A stretch of 64,000 nucleotides of DNA. Origin: Trueperaceae bacterium (GTDB lineage Bacteria; Deinococcota; Deinococci; Deinococcales; Trueperaceae). The stretch is taken from assembly GCA_965214405.1 (NCBI GenBank), contig OZ243956.1:2208001-2272000 (forward strand), in the 5' to 3' direction. Each line of letters opens with the position of its first letter. The first letter of the stretch is position 1. Under the pieces are notes generated by a model that was not told the origin of the DNA, made no database searches, and worked only from the letters and a program-made list of their open reading frames with translations. A program made the translations under genes and the position numbers. Shown here one piece after another: positions 1 through 10,261 of the stretch.

Positions 1-635
1 GATCCCGCCGCGCCGCCCGACACGGCTCTGTGAGCGGCTTCAACGTCCACGCCCGCCGCCAGCGCGATCGCCAGCCCCTCGGCGACCGCCGCGTAGGTGC
101 CCGCGATAATGGTCTGATTAACCGCTTTGGTCACCTGACCGCTGCCGATGGGACCGACCAGGGTGATGGTCTTGCCGAGGGGCTCGAGCACTTCCCTAAC
201 CCGTTCCAGCACCTCTTCTTTGCCGCCCACCATAACCGACAAGGTGCCCTTTTCGGCCCCCTCGGAACCGCCCGACACGGGCGCGTCGAGCATCTCCAAG
301 CCCTTTTCGCCAAGTTTCGCCGCGATATCGCGGGTGACGCTAGGGGAAATGGTGCTCATGTCAATGAGGACGCTTCCCGCTTTCATGCCGTGAAGTGCGC
401 CCTCCTCGCCTAAAACCACCGCCTCCACGTCGGGCGTGTCGCTCACCATCGTGATGACCACGTCCGCGCCCGCCGCGGCCTCCCGCGGACTCCCCGCCCG
501 CGCCGCGCCCGCGTCCGCTGGCCCCTCTTCGCGCTCGCGGGTGCGGTTATGAACCGTCACGTCGAATCCTGCCTCGACCAGGCGCGTCGCCATCGGTGCG
601 CCCATCGTGCCCATGCCGATAAAAGCTACTTTCAT
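1..635 (-). CDS. NAD(P)-dependent beta-hydroxyacid dehydrogenase (3-hydroxyisobutyrate/tartronate semialdehyde reductase family), 3' end outside window
   Basis: Manual translation from ATG at 635: MKVAFIGMGTMGAPMATRLVEAGFDVTVHNRT... (GxGxMG Rossmann motif), later DAPVSGG. AGGAGG RBS upstream. Missing from the ORF track because it has no stop in the window. Confidence 0.9.
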   Translation of the reverse strand, partial: MKVAFIGMGTMGAPMATRLVEAGFDVTVHNRTREREEGPADAGAARAGSPREAAAGADVVITMVSDTPDVEAVVLGEEGALHGMKAGSVLIDMSTISPSVTRDIAAKLGEKGLEMLDAPVSGGSEGAEKGTLSVMVGGKEEVLERVREVLEPLGKTITLVGPIGSGQVTKAVNQTIIAGTYAAVAEGLAIALAAGVDVEAAHRAVSGGAAG

Positions 636-700
636 AAAAACCTCCTAAAGCCATTATGCCCTCTTTCGTGGCCCGCTCGAGGGGGTGTTATGCTCTTCTC

Positions 701-2050
701 ATGCCGTCCCCCGACGTGGTCCCAGGCCATCATTACCCGGACACCATCGCCGTCCGCCCCAGAACCTTTGTCAACGCGTCTCTGAATGTGCCCGGCTCCA
801 AAAGCCTCACCAACCGGGCGCTCATCATCGCCGCGCTCGCCGAGGGCACGTCGTCGCTAAGCGGCGGGCTCGTCGCGGAGGATTCGGAGGTGATGGCGCG
901 GGCACTTGTCAAACTTGGCATTCCCGTAGAGCTTGACGGTACGACGTTTACGGTGCGGGGGCAGGGGGGGCGGATTCCTGCGCCTCATGCGGATTTAAAC
1001 CTGCGTCTCTCGGGCACCTCGATCCGCTTTCTTACCGCGCTGGTCGCGTTGGGGCGGGGCCGCTACCGTTTGGACGGCTCCGCCAGGATGCGCGAGCGGC
1101 CCATCCAGGACCTTATCTCGGCGCTCCGTGCGCTCGGTGTGAGGGCGGAAACAGCGTTTGAAACGGGCTGTCCACCTCTCATCGTTGAGGCTAAGGGGCT
1201 CGAGGGCGGTGCGGCCGACATCGCCGGAGACCGCTCCTCGCAGTATTTGTCGGCGCTCCTCATGGTCGCGCCTTACGCGCTAGACACAGTCACGCTTTCG
1301 GTCAAGGGCGAGCTTCAGTCAAAGCCCTTTACCGACATGACGGTGTCGCTGATGGAGGATTTTGGCGTGGGGGTGGCTCGAGAGGGCTACGAAAAATTCA
1401 CCATCAATCCTTCCCGTTATAAAGCGCAAGACTACGCCATCGAAGGAGACGCGATGGCGGCGGGTTACTTTTGGGCGGCGGCGGCCATCGCGGGGGGTTC
1501 TGTCAAGGTCGAGAACGTGGGCCGCGACTCCGTCCAAGGAGACCGGCGTCTGGCCGACGTGCTGGGGCGAATGGGCTGCGAGGTGAAGTGGGAGGCCGCA
1601 AGCTGCGAGGTCACCTCCCCACCCGATGGCGTTCTGCGGGGCGGCACCTTTGACCTAAACGACATGCCCGACCAGGCGCAGACGCTCGCGGTGGTGGCGC
1701 TTTTCGCCGACCGGGCGGTGCGCATCGAAAACGTGTGGAACATGCGCATCAAGGAGACCGACCGCCTAAAGGCGGTGGCGACCGAGTTGCGTAAATGTGG
1801 GGCCAGGGTCGAAGAGGAGCAAGACGCGTTGGTGGTGCATCCTCTGGAGGCTCGAGCCGCCAATCTCCATAAAGACACCGTTCACAAAGACACCGTTCAC
1901 AAAAATATCTATATCGACACCTACGGCGACCACCGTATGGCGATGGCCTTTGCGCTCGCCGGGCTGCGCCTTCCCGGCGTGGTCATCCGCGACCCCGGCT
2001 GCGTCGCCAAGACGTTCCCTGCGTTTTTCGAGGTGCTTTCGGCTTTATGA
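701..2050 (+). CDS. aroA: 3-phosphoshikimate 1-carboxyvinyltransferase (EPSP synthase)
   Basis: PGSKSLTNRAL, SGTSIRF, SSQYLSALL, RIKETDRL and DHRMAM motifs. Start at ATG 701 is a judgement call (ORF open from 656). Confidence 0.95.
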   Translation: MPSPDVVPGHHYPDTIAVRPRTFVNASLNVPGSKSLTNRALIIAALAEGTSSLSGGLVAEDSEVMARALVKLGIPVELDGTTFTVRGQGGRIPAPHADLNLRLSGTSIRFLTALVALGRGRYRLDGSARMRERPIQDLISALRALGVRAETAFETGCPPLIVEAKGLEGGAADIAGDRSSQYLSALLMVAPYALDTVTLSVKGELQSKPFTDMTVSLMEDFGVGVAREGYEKFTINPSRYKAQDYAIEGDAMAAGYFWAAAAIAGGSVKVENVGRDSVQGDRRLADVLGRMGCEVKWEAASCEVTSPPDGVLRGGTFDLNDMPDQAQTLAVVALFADRAVRIENVWNMRIKETDRLKAVATELRKCGARVEEEQDALVVHPLEARAANLHKDTVHKDTVHKNIYIDTYGDHRMAMAFALAGLRLPGVVIRDPGCVAKTFPAFFEVLSAL

Positions 2051-2219
2051 CTCAACCTGCTTTGTGACCAGTCAAGGTGCGTTTGCTGCGCTATAGTGGG
2101 GCCGATGTGCGCGGAAGCAGCAGTACATGTGAGGGTGCCAAGCGTAGTAGTAAAACGAGTAGTAGTAAAACAATTGTGACGATGCCTGAAGATGGGGTGA
2201 ATATGATAACGGGACGACT

Positions 2220-2927
2220 ATGACGCAAACGGCGGAGCGGGAGACGGACGTGGGTGGCGCGGCGAGGGGAGCGAAAGGTAAAGACGCGCCTGTCACAACC
2301 GTCGTCACCATCGACGGTCCGGCGGCTTCGGGTAAGTCGAGCGTGGCGCGGCTCGTGGCGGGGCTGTTGGGGATCCCTTACGTCTCGAGCGGCCTCTTGT
2401 ACCGCGCGGCGACCTATCTGGTGTTGCGTGAAGGTGTAGACGCAGGCGACGAAGCGGCGGTGCTGGCACTCCTTGAAGCTCACGACGTTCTCTTAGAGGC
2501 TCGCCTGAACGCGCCCAACCGCATCTTGTTGGACGGTCAAGACGTCTCACACGAACTTCATACCGATCAGGTGGACGCGTTCGTCTCGAGCGTCGCCCGT
2601 CACCCCGGCGTGCGCGTGTGGGTCTACCGGCGTCTGCGCGAGATTCGCGGGGCCTTTGTGATTGAAGGGCGCGACATGGGCCGGGTGGTTTTTCCGGACG
2701 TGCGGCACAAGTTTTACTTGACCGCCACACCCGAGGTGCGCGCCGCGCGGCGGGTGGGGGAAAGGCTCGGCGGGCTCGCCGAAGTGACCGACGCGCTTAA
2801 AAAGCGCGACCTGCTCGACACGAAGCAACTCGAGCCCGCCCCCGATGCTCTTCACCTCGACACGAGCGGCTTGACGATTGACGAGGTGGTGGCGCGGGTG
2901 CTCGAGGGGGTGCGCGAAAAAGCTTGA
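2220..2927 (+). CDS. cmk: cytidylate kinase
   Basis: [15 protein letters not shown]-loop, [20 protein letters not shown]; follows aroA. Confidence 0.95.
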   Translation: MTQTAERETDVGGAARGAKGKDAPVTTVVTIDGPAASGKSSVARLVAGLLGIPYVSSGLLYRAATYLVLREGVDAGDEAAVLALLEAHDVLLEARLNAPNRILLDGQDVSHELHTDQVDAFVSSVARHPGVRVWVYRRLREIRGAFVIEGRDMGRVVFPDVRHKFYLTATPEVRAARRVGERLGGLAEVTDALKKRDLLDTKQLEPAPDALHLDTSGLTIDEVVARVLEGVREKA

Positions 2928-3030
2928 GCTGCGGCGCGTCCCAAAACCCGCTTGAACACCCCTTGAGTCACCCCGCATACGCTATGGTCTCAATCTTTGC
3001 GTTTTCTACTTCCTGCTCAAACCCGCACCC

Positions 3031-3921
3031 GTGAACACCGCCCGCTTTACCACCCCCGCCCGCGCCCTGGGCCACGTGATGGTGACGACCACCCGTTACA
3101 AACCGGAGGCGCATCCCCTGGCTGAAGCGAGCGCCGCGCGGCTGCGCTCGCTAGGGGTGCGCGTGACGTTGGACTTAGCAGGTGACCTCGCTCTGGCGGA
3201 GGAAGCGAACACGGAGCCGAAGATTGATTTAGTCATCGCCATCGGCGGGGACGGCACGATTCTTTCGACCGCGCGGCGGCTCGTCGGCACGTCCCTGCCG
3301 ACCTTGGGCGTCAATTTGGGCAAGCTGGGGTTTTTGGCCGAGCACAGCCCCGAGGAACTGCGGGCCTATCTTGAGGGCGCAACCCCAAACGGCTGGCAAC
3401 TGAGCCCCAAAATGATGCTCCAGGTGAACCTGCACACCGCCGAGGGAGACACCGTCCGCTACGCGCTCAACGAGTTTTTCGTGTCACAGGGGGTGATGAC
3501 GCGGCTCGTCAACATCGACATGGCCGTGGACGGCTTTCACGCCTCGCAGTACCGCGCCGACGGGCTGGTGATTTCTTCGCCGGTGGGCTCGACGGGCTAC
3601 TCGCTCTCGCTGGGCGGCCCCATCCTGAGTCAGGGCTTACGCGCCTTTGTGGTCACGCCTATCGCGCCGCACGCGCTGACGAACCGGCCCATCATCATCG
3701 AGGGCTCATCAAGCGTGCGTTTCGAAGTGCATGGCCCGGCGGGCGAACTCGCGCTCATCGGGGACTCGCATGAGAGACTCGAGCTCCGCGAGGGGAGCGC
3801 CTTTACCGTCTCGAGCGCGCCCACCGATTTTGTCTTGGTGTCGTCAGGCACGCGCACCTATTTTGACATCTTGCGCCACAAACTCGCCTGGAGCGAGACA
3901 CCCCGGCTACGTGGCGCGTAA
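3031..3921 (+). CDS. nadK: NAD(+) kinase
   Basis: GGDGTIL, GVNLGKLGFL, ALNE, ADGLVISSPVGSTGYSLSLGGPI motifs. Confidence 0.93.
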   Translation: MNTARFTTPARALGHVMVTTTRYKPEAHPLAEASAARLRSLGVRVTLDLAGDLALAEEANTEPKIDLVIAIGGDGTILSTARRLVGTSLPTLGVNLGKLGFLAEHSPEELRAYLEGATPNGWQLSPKMMLQVNLHTAEGDTVRYALNEFFVSQGVMTRLVNIDMAVDGFHASQYRADGLVISSPVGSTGYSLSLGGPILSQGLRAFVVTPIAPHALTNRPIIIEGSSSVRFEVHGPAGELALIGDSHERLELREGSAFTVSSAPTDFVLVSSGTRTYFDILRHKLAWSETPRLRGA

Positions 3922-3999
3922 CTTCGCACCCTCACATCAGCCTGCGTCTGTCTCCCCCTTTCTTGACCCGGTAGTTCTGAAGTTTAGGTGAACACAGTT

Positions 4000-4015
4000 T
4001 ATGAAAGACGTCACA
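4000..4015. promoter_or_regulatory. candidate CRP-family (DdrI-like) binding site
   Basis: TATGA-AAGACG-TCACA matches TGTGA-N6-TCACA at 9/10; intergenic. Confidence 0.4.
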
Positions 4016-4118
4016 GCGGCGTGTTCTTTGTAGCCTGGACTCACAAAACGGCTCCACCACACCTTAAAACGTGACTTAGCTTGCTGCCAAACATTCTCCT
4101 GCGCGTCACGCTACACTC

Positions 4119-4751
4119 ATGTCAAGACTGAGACCGGAGTTTTTTAGGCGCGAGGACGAGAGCCCGGACGGGCAGTTCTACCGGCAGCCGCGCCTCGTCA
4201 ACCACATCGACGACGCCGCGCTGAAGCGGGTCGAGGCGCTTTATGACGAGCTTTTGCCTGCGGGTGGACACATTTTGGACCTCATGGCGAGTTATGAATC
4301 GCACTTGTCAAACAAAGTGGGTCGCGTGACGGGGTTGGGGCTCAATGAGGCGGAGCTCGAGCACAACCGCCGCCTGAGCGATTACCTTGTCTTCGACCTC
4401 AACCGCTCCGAAAGCTTGCCCTTCGAGACGGCCACCTTTGACGGCGCCGTCTGCACCGTGAGCGTGCAGTACATGACGCGCCCTTCGGAGACCTTCGCCG
4501 AGGTGGCGCGCACGCTCCGAGAGGGTGCGCCCTTCGTCATCACCTTCTCCAACCGGATGTTCCCCACCAAGGCGGTGCTGGTCTGGCGCTCGAGCGACGA
4601 CGAGGCGCATATCCGGCTTGTCAGGCAATACTTTGGGGAGACGGCGGCCTTTGGTAAGGTTCATGTGCGCCGCTCCGTGCCGAGAAGGGGCGACCCCATT
4701 TACGCGTTATGGGCGTTTAAGGAGAGGGAGCCGCAACCCGGTTTTAACTAG
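4119..4751 (+). CDS. class I SAM-dependent methyltransferase (Methyltransf_11-like)
   Basis: DESPDGQFYRQPRLVNHIDD, ILDLMAS, GLGLNEAEL, SVQYMTRP, FSNRMFPTKAV. Confidence 0.85.
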   Translation: MSRLRPEFFRREDESPDGQFYRQPRLVNHIDDAALKRVEALYDELLPAGGHILDLMASYESHLSNKVGRVTGLGLNEAELEHNRRLSDYLVFDLNRSESLPFETATFDGAVCTVSVQYMTRPSETFAEVARTLREGAPFVITFSNRMFPTKAVLVWRSSDDEAHIRLVRQYFGETAAFGKVHVRRSVPRRGDPIYALWAFKEREPQPGFN

Positions 4752-5670
4752 GGTCTGTCTGACTAATCAAAGCCAGAGGATGATGGAGGCGAGGAGCACA
4801 CCAGCACGGTAGTTTCTGCCGCGTTTGTCGTAGCGGGTGGCAACGGCGCGAAAGCCTTTAAGTCGGTTGATGCAGCGTTCGACCACGTTACGTCCTTTGT
4901 AGGCTTGCTTATCGAAAGCAGGAGGTCGTCCACCTTTTGTGCCCTTAGACAAGCGAGACTTCTTGGCATCTTCGCGCTCGGGGCTGATACAGATGATGCC
5001 CCTGCGCCTTAGTATCTTCCGCTGCTTGTTGAAACCATAAGCGCGGTCGAGTCTAAGCTGAGGGGGGCGCTTACGCGGTCGCCCTCTGCCAAGGCGGGGC
5101 ACATAAATCTCGTCCAAGACCGGCTCTAGCCAAGCGGCGTCGTTGCGCTGTCCCGCCGTGATGACCACGGACAGGGGTCGCACTTTGCCGTCCGCGCAGG
5201 TATGCACCTTGCTGGTGTGGCCTCCGCGTGAGTGTCCCAGCCACTCGTCTGCTAAGGTCCCCTTTTTTCACCCTCAGCAGGCCGCTTCCTCGCCCCGCTG
5301 GCGCTGCGGTGCGCTTTAATATGAGAGCTGTCTAACGCTGCGCCGTCCCAATCAATCTCACCCGCCGCATCGGCGTGAGCTTGAAGCCTGTGCAGGATGC
5401 GCTTCCAGACACCGTTGCGCTCCCACCTCGTGAAGCGGTCCCAGCAGGTCTGCCAAGGTCCGTAGCGTTCAGGAACGTCGCGCCAGGGAGCGCCTGTTTT
5501 CAAGCGCCACGAAATGCCGTTGATGACCTGTCGGTGGTTGCGGTAGTTGTGACCCCGTTGGGGATTGGGGGGTAGATGCGGTTTTAGTGCTTGCCACTGC
5601 TGCTCTTTTAGGTCTGTTCGTGCCATACGCCTACCCTAAACCATCTTCATCCCTTCTGTCAGACAGACCC
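4751..5670 (-). mobile_element. IS5-family (IS427-like group) insertion sequence, copy 1, 920 bp
   Basis: Terminal inverted repeats GGGTCTGTCTGAC...GTCAGACAGACCC, TA duplication inside a CTAG site, two-ORF transposase; second copy at 47824-48743. Confidence 0.95.
4767..5626 (-). CDS. IS5-family transposase, OrfA (5252-5626) and OrfB joined by a probable -1 frameshift
   Basis: OrfA has [17 protein letters not shown] and LDSSHIKAH. The -1 frame after GAAAAAAGGGG reads [18 protein letters not shown]...DRAY...[22 protein letters not shown] (DDE). Confidence 0.9.
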
Positions 5671-5830
5671 TAGCCCACTTCTTAGCATTCTCGCACGTCA
5701 GAAGAAGCCTATGGGAGCCATAAGTAAGACTGATGGTGGCTAAGAAGGCTCGAACCTCCCAGATACCTCACGTTAAAGTGGCGAAGCTGAAGCGAGTAAA
5801 GCGTCATGGAAGCAGTAAGGTATTTATAAC

Positions 5831-6481
5831 GTGAACCTCTACCTAATCAGACATGGCGAATGTCTAGGACAGACAGACCCAGACTATCACTCTGACCCTG
5901 ACAGCTCACTGTCTTCTTTGGGCCAGCAGCAAGCACAGCTCACGGCGAAGTTTTTGGCTCGAGTCAACTTCACACAGGTGATTAGCAGCCCGCTCGTTCG
6001 CTCTCTCGAGACGGCTCAAGCCCTCGCAGAGCCGCAAGGGCTTCCTGTGGAGGTCTGGACCGATTTACGTGAAGGCTTCAGCCGTTATTACCGGGGTCGC
6101 GCTCTGGCAGAACTTCAAGATAAATTTGCAAATGCGCGGTTTCCGCAAGAAGTTGATGAACAAGGTTGGCATCACGGCAACGATGTTTACGATGACTGGC
6201 AACCCCGCTGTGAACGCATCCTCAAAAAGATTGGCACGCTTCCTGCCGACAGTCACGTTGCTTTGGTGAGTCACGGAGGTTTGGGGAACTATCTTCTACA
6301 TTCAGCCCTCGGTCTCGACTTCAAAAAACCGCATTGGTTCGAGCTTGCCAACGGCAGCGTCAGCAGACTTCGTTTTGTGCCCCATCCTGAAGCCGAACGT
6401 CCCAATTGGCCTTTGTATCCGCCGGTCAGGCTAGAAGTTCATTCCATCAACGAGGCGGCGCACCTGAGTGAGCTTGCATAA
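5831..6481 (+). CDS. histidine phosphatase family protein
   Basis: LYLIRHGE, SSPLVRSLETA, LRE and VSHGG motifs. Confidence 0.9.
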   Translation: MNLYLIRHGECLGQTDPDYHSDPDSSLSSLGQQQAQLTAKFLARVNFTQVISSPLVRSLETAQALAEPQGLPVEVWTDLREGFSRYYRGRALAELQDKFANARFPQEVDEQGWHHGNDVYDDWQPRCERILKKIGTLPADSHVALVSHGGLGNYLLHSALGLDFKKPHWFELANGSVSRLRFVPHPEAERPNWPLYPPVRLEVHSINEAAHLSELA

Positions 6482-6506
6482 GCACTGCAAAGGTTATGCT
6501 GCCCTT

Positions 6507-7274
6507 GTGCGCGTTCTTTTTATCGGAGACATCTTTAGCACCCCCGGCGTGAGGGTCATGCAGGACTTTTTGAGGGCCTTCCGCGACGACTATGACTTTG
6601 TCATCGCTAACGGCGAGAACGCGGCGGGGGGCGCTGGTCTAACCCGCAAGCATTTTAAGCAGATGCTCGACGCCGGGGTGGACGTGGTCACGCTCGGCAA
6701 CCACGCGTGGGACAAGCGGGAGGCGCTGGAACTAGTCGAGGAGACGCCGCGGCTGCTCAGGCCCTTGAACTACCCACCGGGCACGCCGGGACTCGGGCAC
6801 GCCTCTTTCGAGGCGCGTAACGGCGAGCGCATCACGGTGGCGCAGGCGATGGGACGGATTTTTTTGGACCCGCTGGATTGTCCCTTTCGGGCGGTGGACG
6901 GGGTGCTCGAGACCCTCCCCGCTAACGAACCCCTCATCCTCGACTTCCACGCCGAGGCCACGAGCGAAAAGCGGGCGATGGGCTACCACCTGCGCGGGCG
7001 CGCCGCGGCGATGGTGGGCACGCACACGCACGTCCAGACCGCCGACGAGCGGGTAGCAAACGGCACCGCGACCATCACCGACGTGGGCATGACGGGGGTG
7101 CAGGATTCGGCCATCGGGATGCGCTTTGAGGAGGTTCACTACCGCTTTACCACCCGCTTGCCGCAGCGTTACAAACCCGCCGAGGGCTCGGGCGAGGTGC
7201 GGGCGGTGAGCCTCGAGCTTTCGGGCAACCGGGCGACCAAGATTGAACGTATTCAGTGGGCGGCCTCGGAGTAA
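6507..7274 (+). CDS. ymdB: YmdB-family metallophosphoesterase
   Basis: VLFIGDI, ANGENAAGG, TLGNH, DFHAEATSEK, GTHTHVQTAD, TDVGMTG; start taken at GTG 6507. Confidence 0.9.
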   Translation: MRVLFIGDIFSTPGVRVMQDFLRAFRDDYDFVIANGENAAGGAGLTRKHFKQMLDAGVDVVTLGNHAWDKREALELVEETPRLLRPLNYPPGTPGLGHASFEARNGERITVAQAMGRIFLDPLDCPFRAVDGVLETLPANEPLILDFHAEATSEKRAMGYHLRGRAAAMVGTHTHVQTADERVANGTATITDVGMTGVQDSAIGMRFEEVHYRFTTRLPQRYKPAEGSGEVRAVSLELSGNRATKIERIQWAASE

Positions 7275-7305
7275 TCACGAAGAGAGATGGGCTTGGGAGG
7301 AACGC

Positions 7306-10032
7306 ATGAGTAGCGCGTCCGTAAAGAAGACAGAAGCAGAAGTCCGCGAACGGTTTAGGGGGCTGCGCGATGATGTAGATTTCTTAGGCAGCGCCTTGGG
7401 AACGGTGATGCGAGAACTCGAGGGCGAAAGGTTCTTCAACCTTGTCGAGCGGGTGCGCGCGCTTACCAAGGGTCTAAGGGCCGAACCCGATGCGGAGGGG
7501 CGCGAGGAGTTGAAAGACCTGCTCTCGAGCCTCAGCCTAAACGAAGCCGAAAAACTCCTCCGGGCCTTTACCGTCTACTTCCAACTCATCAACCTGGCCG
7601 AAGAAATCCACCGCGTGCGCGTGAACAGGTTGCGCGAAGGGGAGGCGACCTTAGAGCACCCACGTTCCGAGTCGGTGGCGGCGGCGGTCAAGTCGCTTAA
7701 AAGTGGCGGCTGGTCTTTCGAGGAGGCGCGGCGCTTTATCGAGACCCTGGACATCCAGCTCACCCTGACCGCACACCCCACCGAGGTCAAGCGCACCACG
7801 GTCCGGCTCAAGCTCGAGCGCGTCGCCTCCGCCTTACGCCAGCGCGGCGAGCGCGACCTCTCGCCCGGGGCGTTAGGGAGGCTCGAGGAGGAAATCCTGG
7901 CCGAAATCGCCACGCTGTGGGAGACGCGCGAGCTTTTCTCGCAAAAACCGAGCGTGGTGGACGAGGTCAAGGGGGCGCTTTACTACTTCCGGCGCTCCCT
8001 GCTCGAGGCGGTGCCGACGCTCATGCTCGATTTGGAGGGCGCGCTGGCGCTCTATTACAAAGACGAATCTGAGAACGGGCGCGCGCCGCTGCCGCCCGTG
8101 GTTCGCTTCCGCTCCTGGATAGGCGGCGACCGCGACGGTAACCCCTTTGTGACCCCACCGACCACCGCCGAGGCGTACCGTTTGCAATCGCTCCTGGCGT
8201 TGGAGCGGCATATATTAGATGTAGACGCGCTCGTGCAAAGGCTGTCGCAGTGGGAAGCTCGAGTAGAACTGACGGAAGCTTTTAAGGAGGATTTGGCGGC
8301 ATTAGAAGCCGAGCAGGGCGGGCCTGAACGTTTTGCGGAGGAACCCTACCGCCAGAAGCTTTTTTACATGCACCGCGCCTTGACTCATGAACGCGAGAAC
8401 GGCGCGGGCGAGTACACGGCGGAGGATTACCTGCGCGACCTGTCGCTTATTGAGGAGACGCTGCGGGGGGGTGGGGACGCTCGCGCGGCGGCCTTCGTGC
8501 GCCCGGACCGCTACCGGGTGGCGGCCTTTGGCTTTCACTTGGCGGCCTTGGATTTGCGCGAGCATTCCGAGGTTCACGAGGCGGCGATGGCCGACCTTCT
8601 GCGCTACGCGGGTGTGTGTGAAGACTACGCGGCGCTCTCAGAGCCTGAGCGGGTGGAACTGCTGGCGGCGGAACTCGCCTCCAAACGTCCCCTCGCCCCA
8701 CCCGACGCGCCTTTAGAGGAACCCACGCGGCGGGCGCTCGCGGCCCTCGCCGTATTCCGGCGCGTGAGAGCGCACTACGGTCCGGAGGCCACGGGTAGCT
8801 ACATCGTCTCGATGACGGAAGGGGTGTCGGACGTGCTCGAGCCCCTCGTCCTTGCCAAGCAGGCGGGCTTGAGCGACATCGACGCGACGCCCCTTTTTGA
8901 GACGGTGGCGGATTTGGAGGCCGCGCCGGGAGTCTTGCGCGAACTCTTCGCCCTGCCCGTCTACCGTGAACACCTCGAGCGGCGCGGCGTTCAAGAGGTG
9001 ATGATTGGCTATTCTGACTCGAACAAGGACGCGGGCTTTTTGGCCGCCAACTGGGCGCTTTATGAGGCGCAGGAGGGCGTGGCGGCGACTTGCCGCGAGG
9101 CGGGGGTGCCGCTGCGGCTCTTTCACGGGCGCGGCACCTCGATTGGGCGCGGCGGCGGACCCACGGGTCAGGCGATTCTGGCGCAGCCCCCCGGCTCGCT
9201 GGGCGGGCGGATGCGGCTGACCGAGCAGGGCGAGGCGATGAGCGACCGCTACGCCGACCCCGATTTGGCGCACCGGCATTTGGAACAAGTTGCACACGCC
9301 TTCATCCTCTCGTCGGCTCGAGACGCGCGCGGCCCCGTGCAGGAGGTGCCGGAGCGCTACCGTGAGGCGTTAAAAAGGGCGGCGGGGGCGGCCAAGGCAC
9401 GGTATCGGGGGCTGCTCGAGGAGGACGGCTTTCTTGACTTCTATCACACCGTCACGCCCATCGAAGAGATTTCGCGGCTCAATGTGGGCTCGAGGCCCGC
9501 GCGGCGCGGCGGGGAACGTTCGCTCTCGGGCTTGCGCGCGATTCCTTGGGTGTTCTCCTGGACGCAGTGCCGCGCCAACCTGCCGGGCTGGTACGGGCTC
9601 GGGAGCGGGCTCTCTCAGATAGACGACGCATTGCTAAAAGATATGTACGGCGACTGGCCCTTTTTCAAAACTGTCATCGACTTTGCCCAGATGAGCTTAG
9701 CCAAGGCGGACCTAGGGGTGTTTGAAACGTACTTAGAACTCATCTCCGAACCCTTGCGCGATACGTTCTGGCCGATGATTCGAGAGGAGTACGGGCTCAG
9801 CCTCGAGGCGGTGGGGCGCGCGACGGGCGGGGGGCTGCTCGAGAACGACCCCACCTTAGAGCGCACCATCGCCCTCCGTAACCCTTATGTGGACCCCATT
9901 TCCTACTTGCAGGTAGAACTCTTGAGGCGCCTGCGCACGCTGCCTGAAGAGGATTTGGAGCGTGAAGGGCTCGAGTACGCGGTACTGGTGAGCCTGCTCG
10001 GGGTGGCGGCGGGTATGCGTAATACCGGCTGA
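7306..10032 (+). CDS. ppc: phosphoenolpyruvate carboxylase
   Basis: LTAHPTE, SWIGGDRDGNP, QEVMIGYSDSNKDAG, FHGRGTSIGRGGGP, LRAIPWVFSWTQ, C-terminal GMRNTG; GGAGG RBS before ATG 7306. Confidence 0.97.
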   Translation: MSSASVKKTEAEVRERFRGLRDDVDFLGSALGTVMRELEGERFFNLVERVRALTKGLRAEPDAEGREELKDLLSSLSLNEAEKLLRAFTVYFQLINLAEEIHRVRVNRLREGEATLEHPRSESVAAAVKSLKSGGWSFEEARRFIETLDIQLTLTAHPTEVKRTTVRLKLERVASALRQRGERDLSPGALGRLEEEILAEIATLWETRELFSQKPSVVDEVKGALYYFRRSLLEAVPTLMLDLEGALALYYKDESENGRAPLPPVVRFRSWIGGDRDGNPFVTPPTTAEAYRLQSLLALERHILDVDALVQRLSQWEARVELTEAFKEDLAALEAEQGGPERFAEEPYRQKLFYMHRALTHERENGAGEYTAEDYLRDLSLIEETLRGGGDARAAAFVRPDRYRVAAFGFHLAALDLREHSEVHEAAMADLLRYAGVCEDYAALSEPERVELLAAELASKRPLAPPDAPLEEPTRRALAALAVFRRVRAHYGPEATGSYIVSMTEGVSDVLEPLVLAKQAGLSDIDATPLFETVADLEAAPGVLRELFALPVYREHLERRGVQEVMIGYSDSNKDAGFLAANWALYEAQEGVAATCREAGVPLRLFHGRGTSIGRGGGPTGQAILAQPPGSLGGRMRLTEQGEAMSDRYADPDLAHRHLEQVAHAFILSSARDARGPVQEVPERYREALKRAAGAAKARYRGLLEEDGFLDFYHTVTPIEEISRLNVGSRPARRGGERSLSGLRAIPWVFSWTQCRANLPGWYGLGSGLSQIDDALLKDMYGDWPFFKTVIDFAQMSLAKADLGVFETYLELISEPLRDTFWPMIREEYGLSLEAVGRATGGGLLENDPTLERTIALRNPYVDPISYLQVELLRRLRTLPEEDLEREGLEYAVLVSLLGVAAGMRNTG

Positions 10033-10261
10033 GGCGTCTAAACGGGGTAGGGTAGCTGCGGTATGCAGAAAGCCATGTGTGAAGCTCCTCTCATGCGCCT
10101 AAACCGCGCACGCCTTACCATATGTTTAGTTATGTTTTTACGAGGGTTGAGAAACTTTACAAATTTGAATGTGGGCTTACGCTCATGGCGGAGGAAGGTT
10201 CCGCTGAGGGCGCTTTTATGACCTCACGGCTCACGGCTGAACGGTACGGCGGGGAGCATCT

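Noticed and set aside
5071..5271. 66-aa [12 protein letters not shown] as the frameshift product of the IS
   Set aside because: Wrong frame; the DDE motifs lie in the frame of 4767-5207.
8447..9297. Long antisense or alternate-frame ORFs (also 11440-12144, 17170-17883, 50688-51692, 52934-53875)
   Set aside because: Shadow ORFs of well-supported GC-rich genes, with no recognisable motifs.
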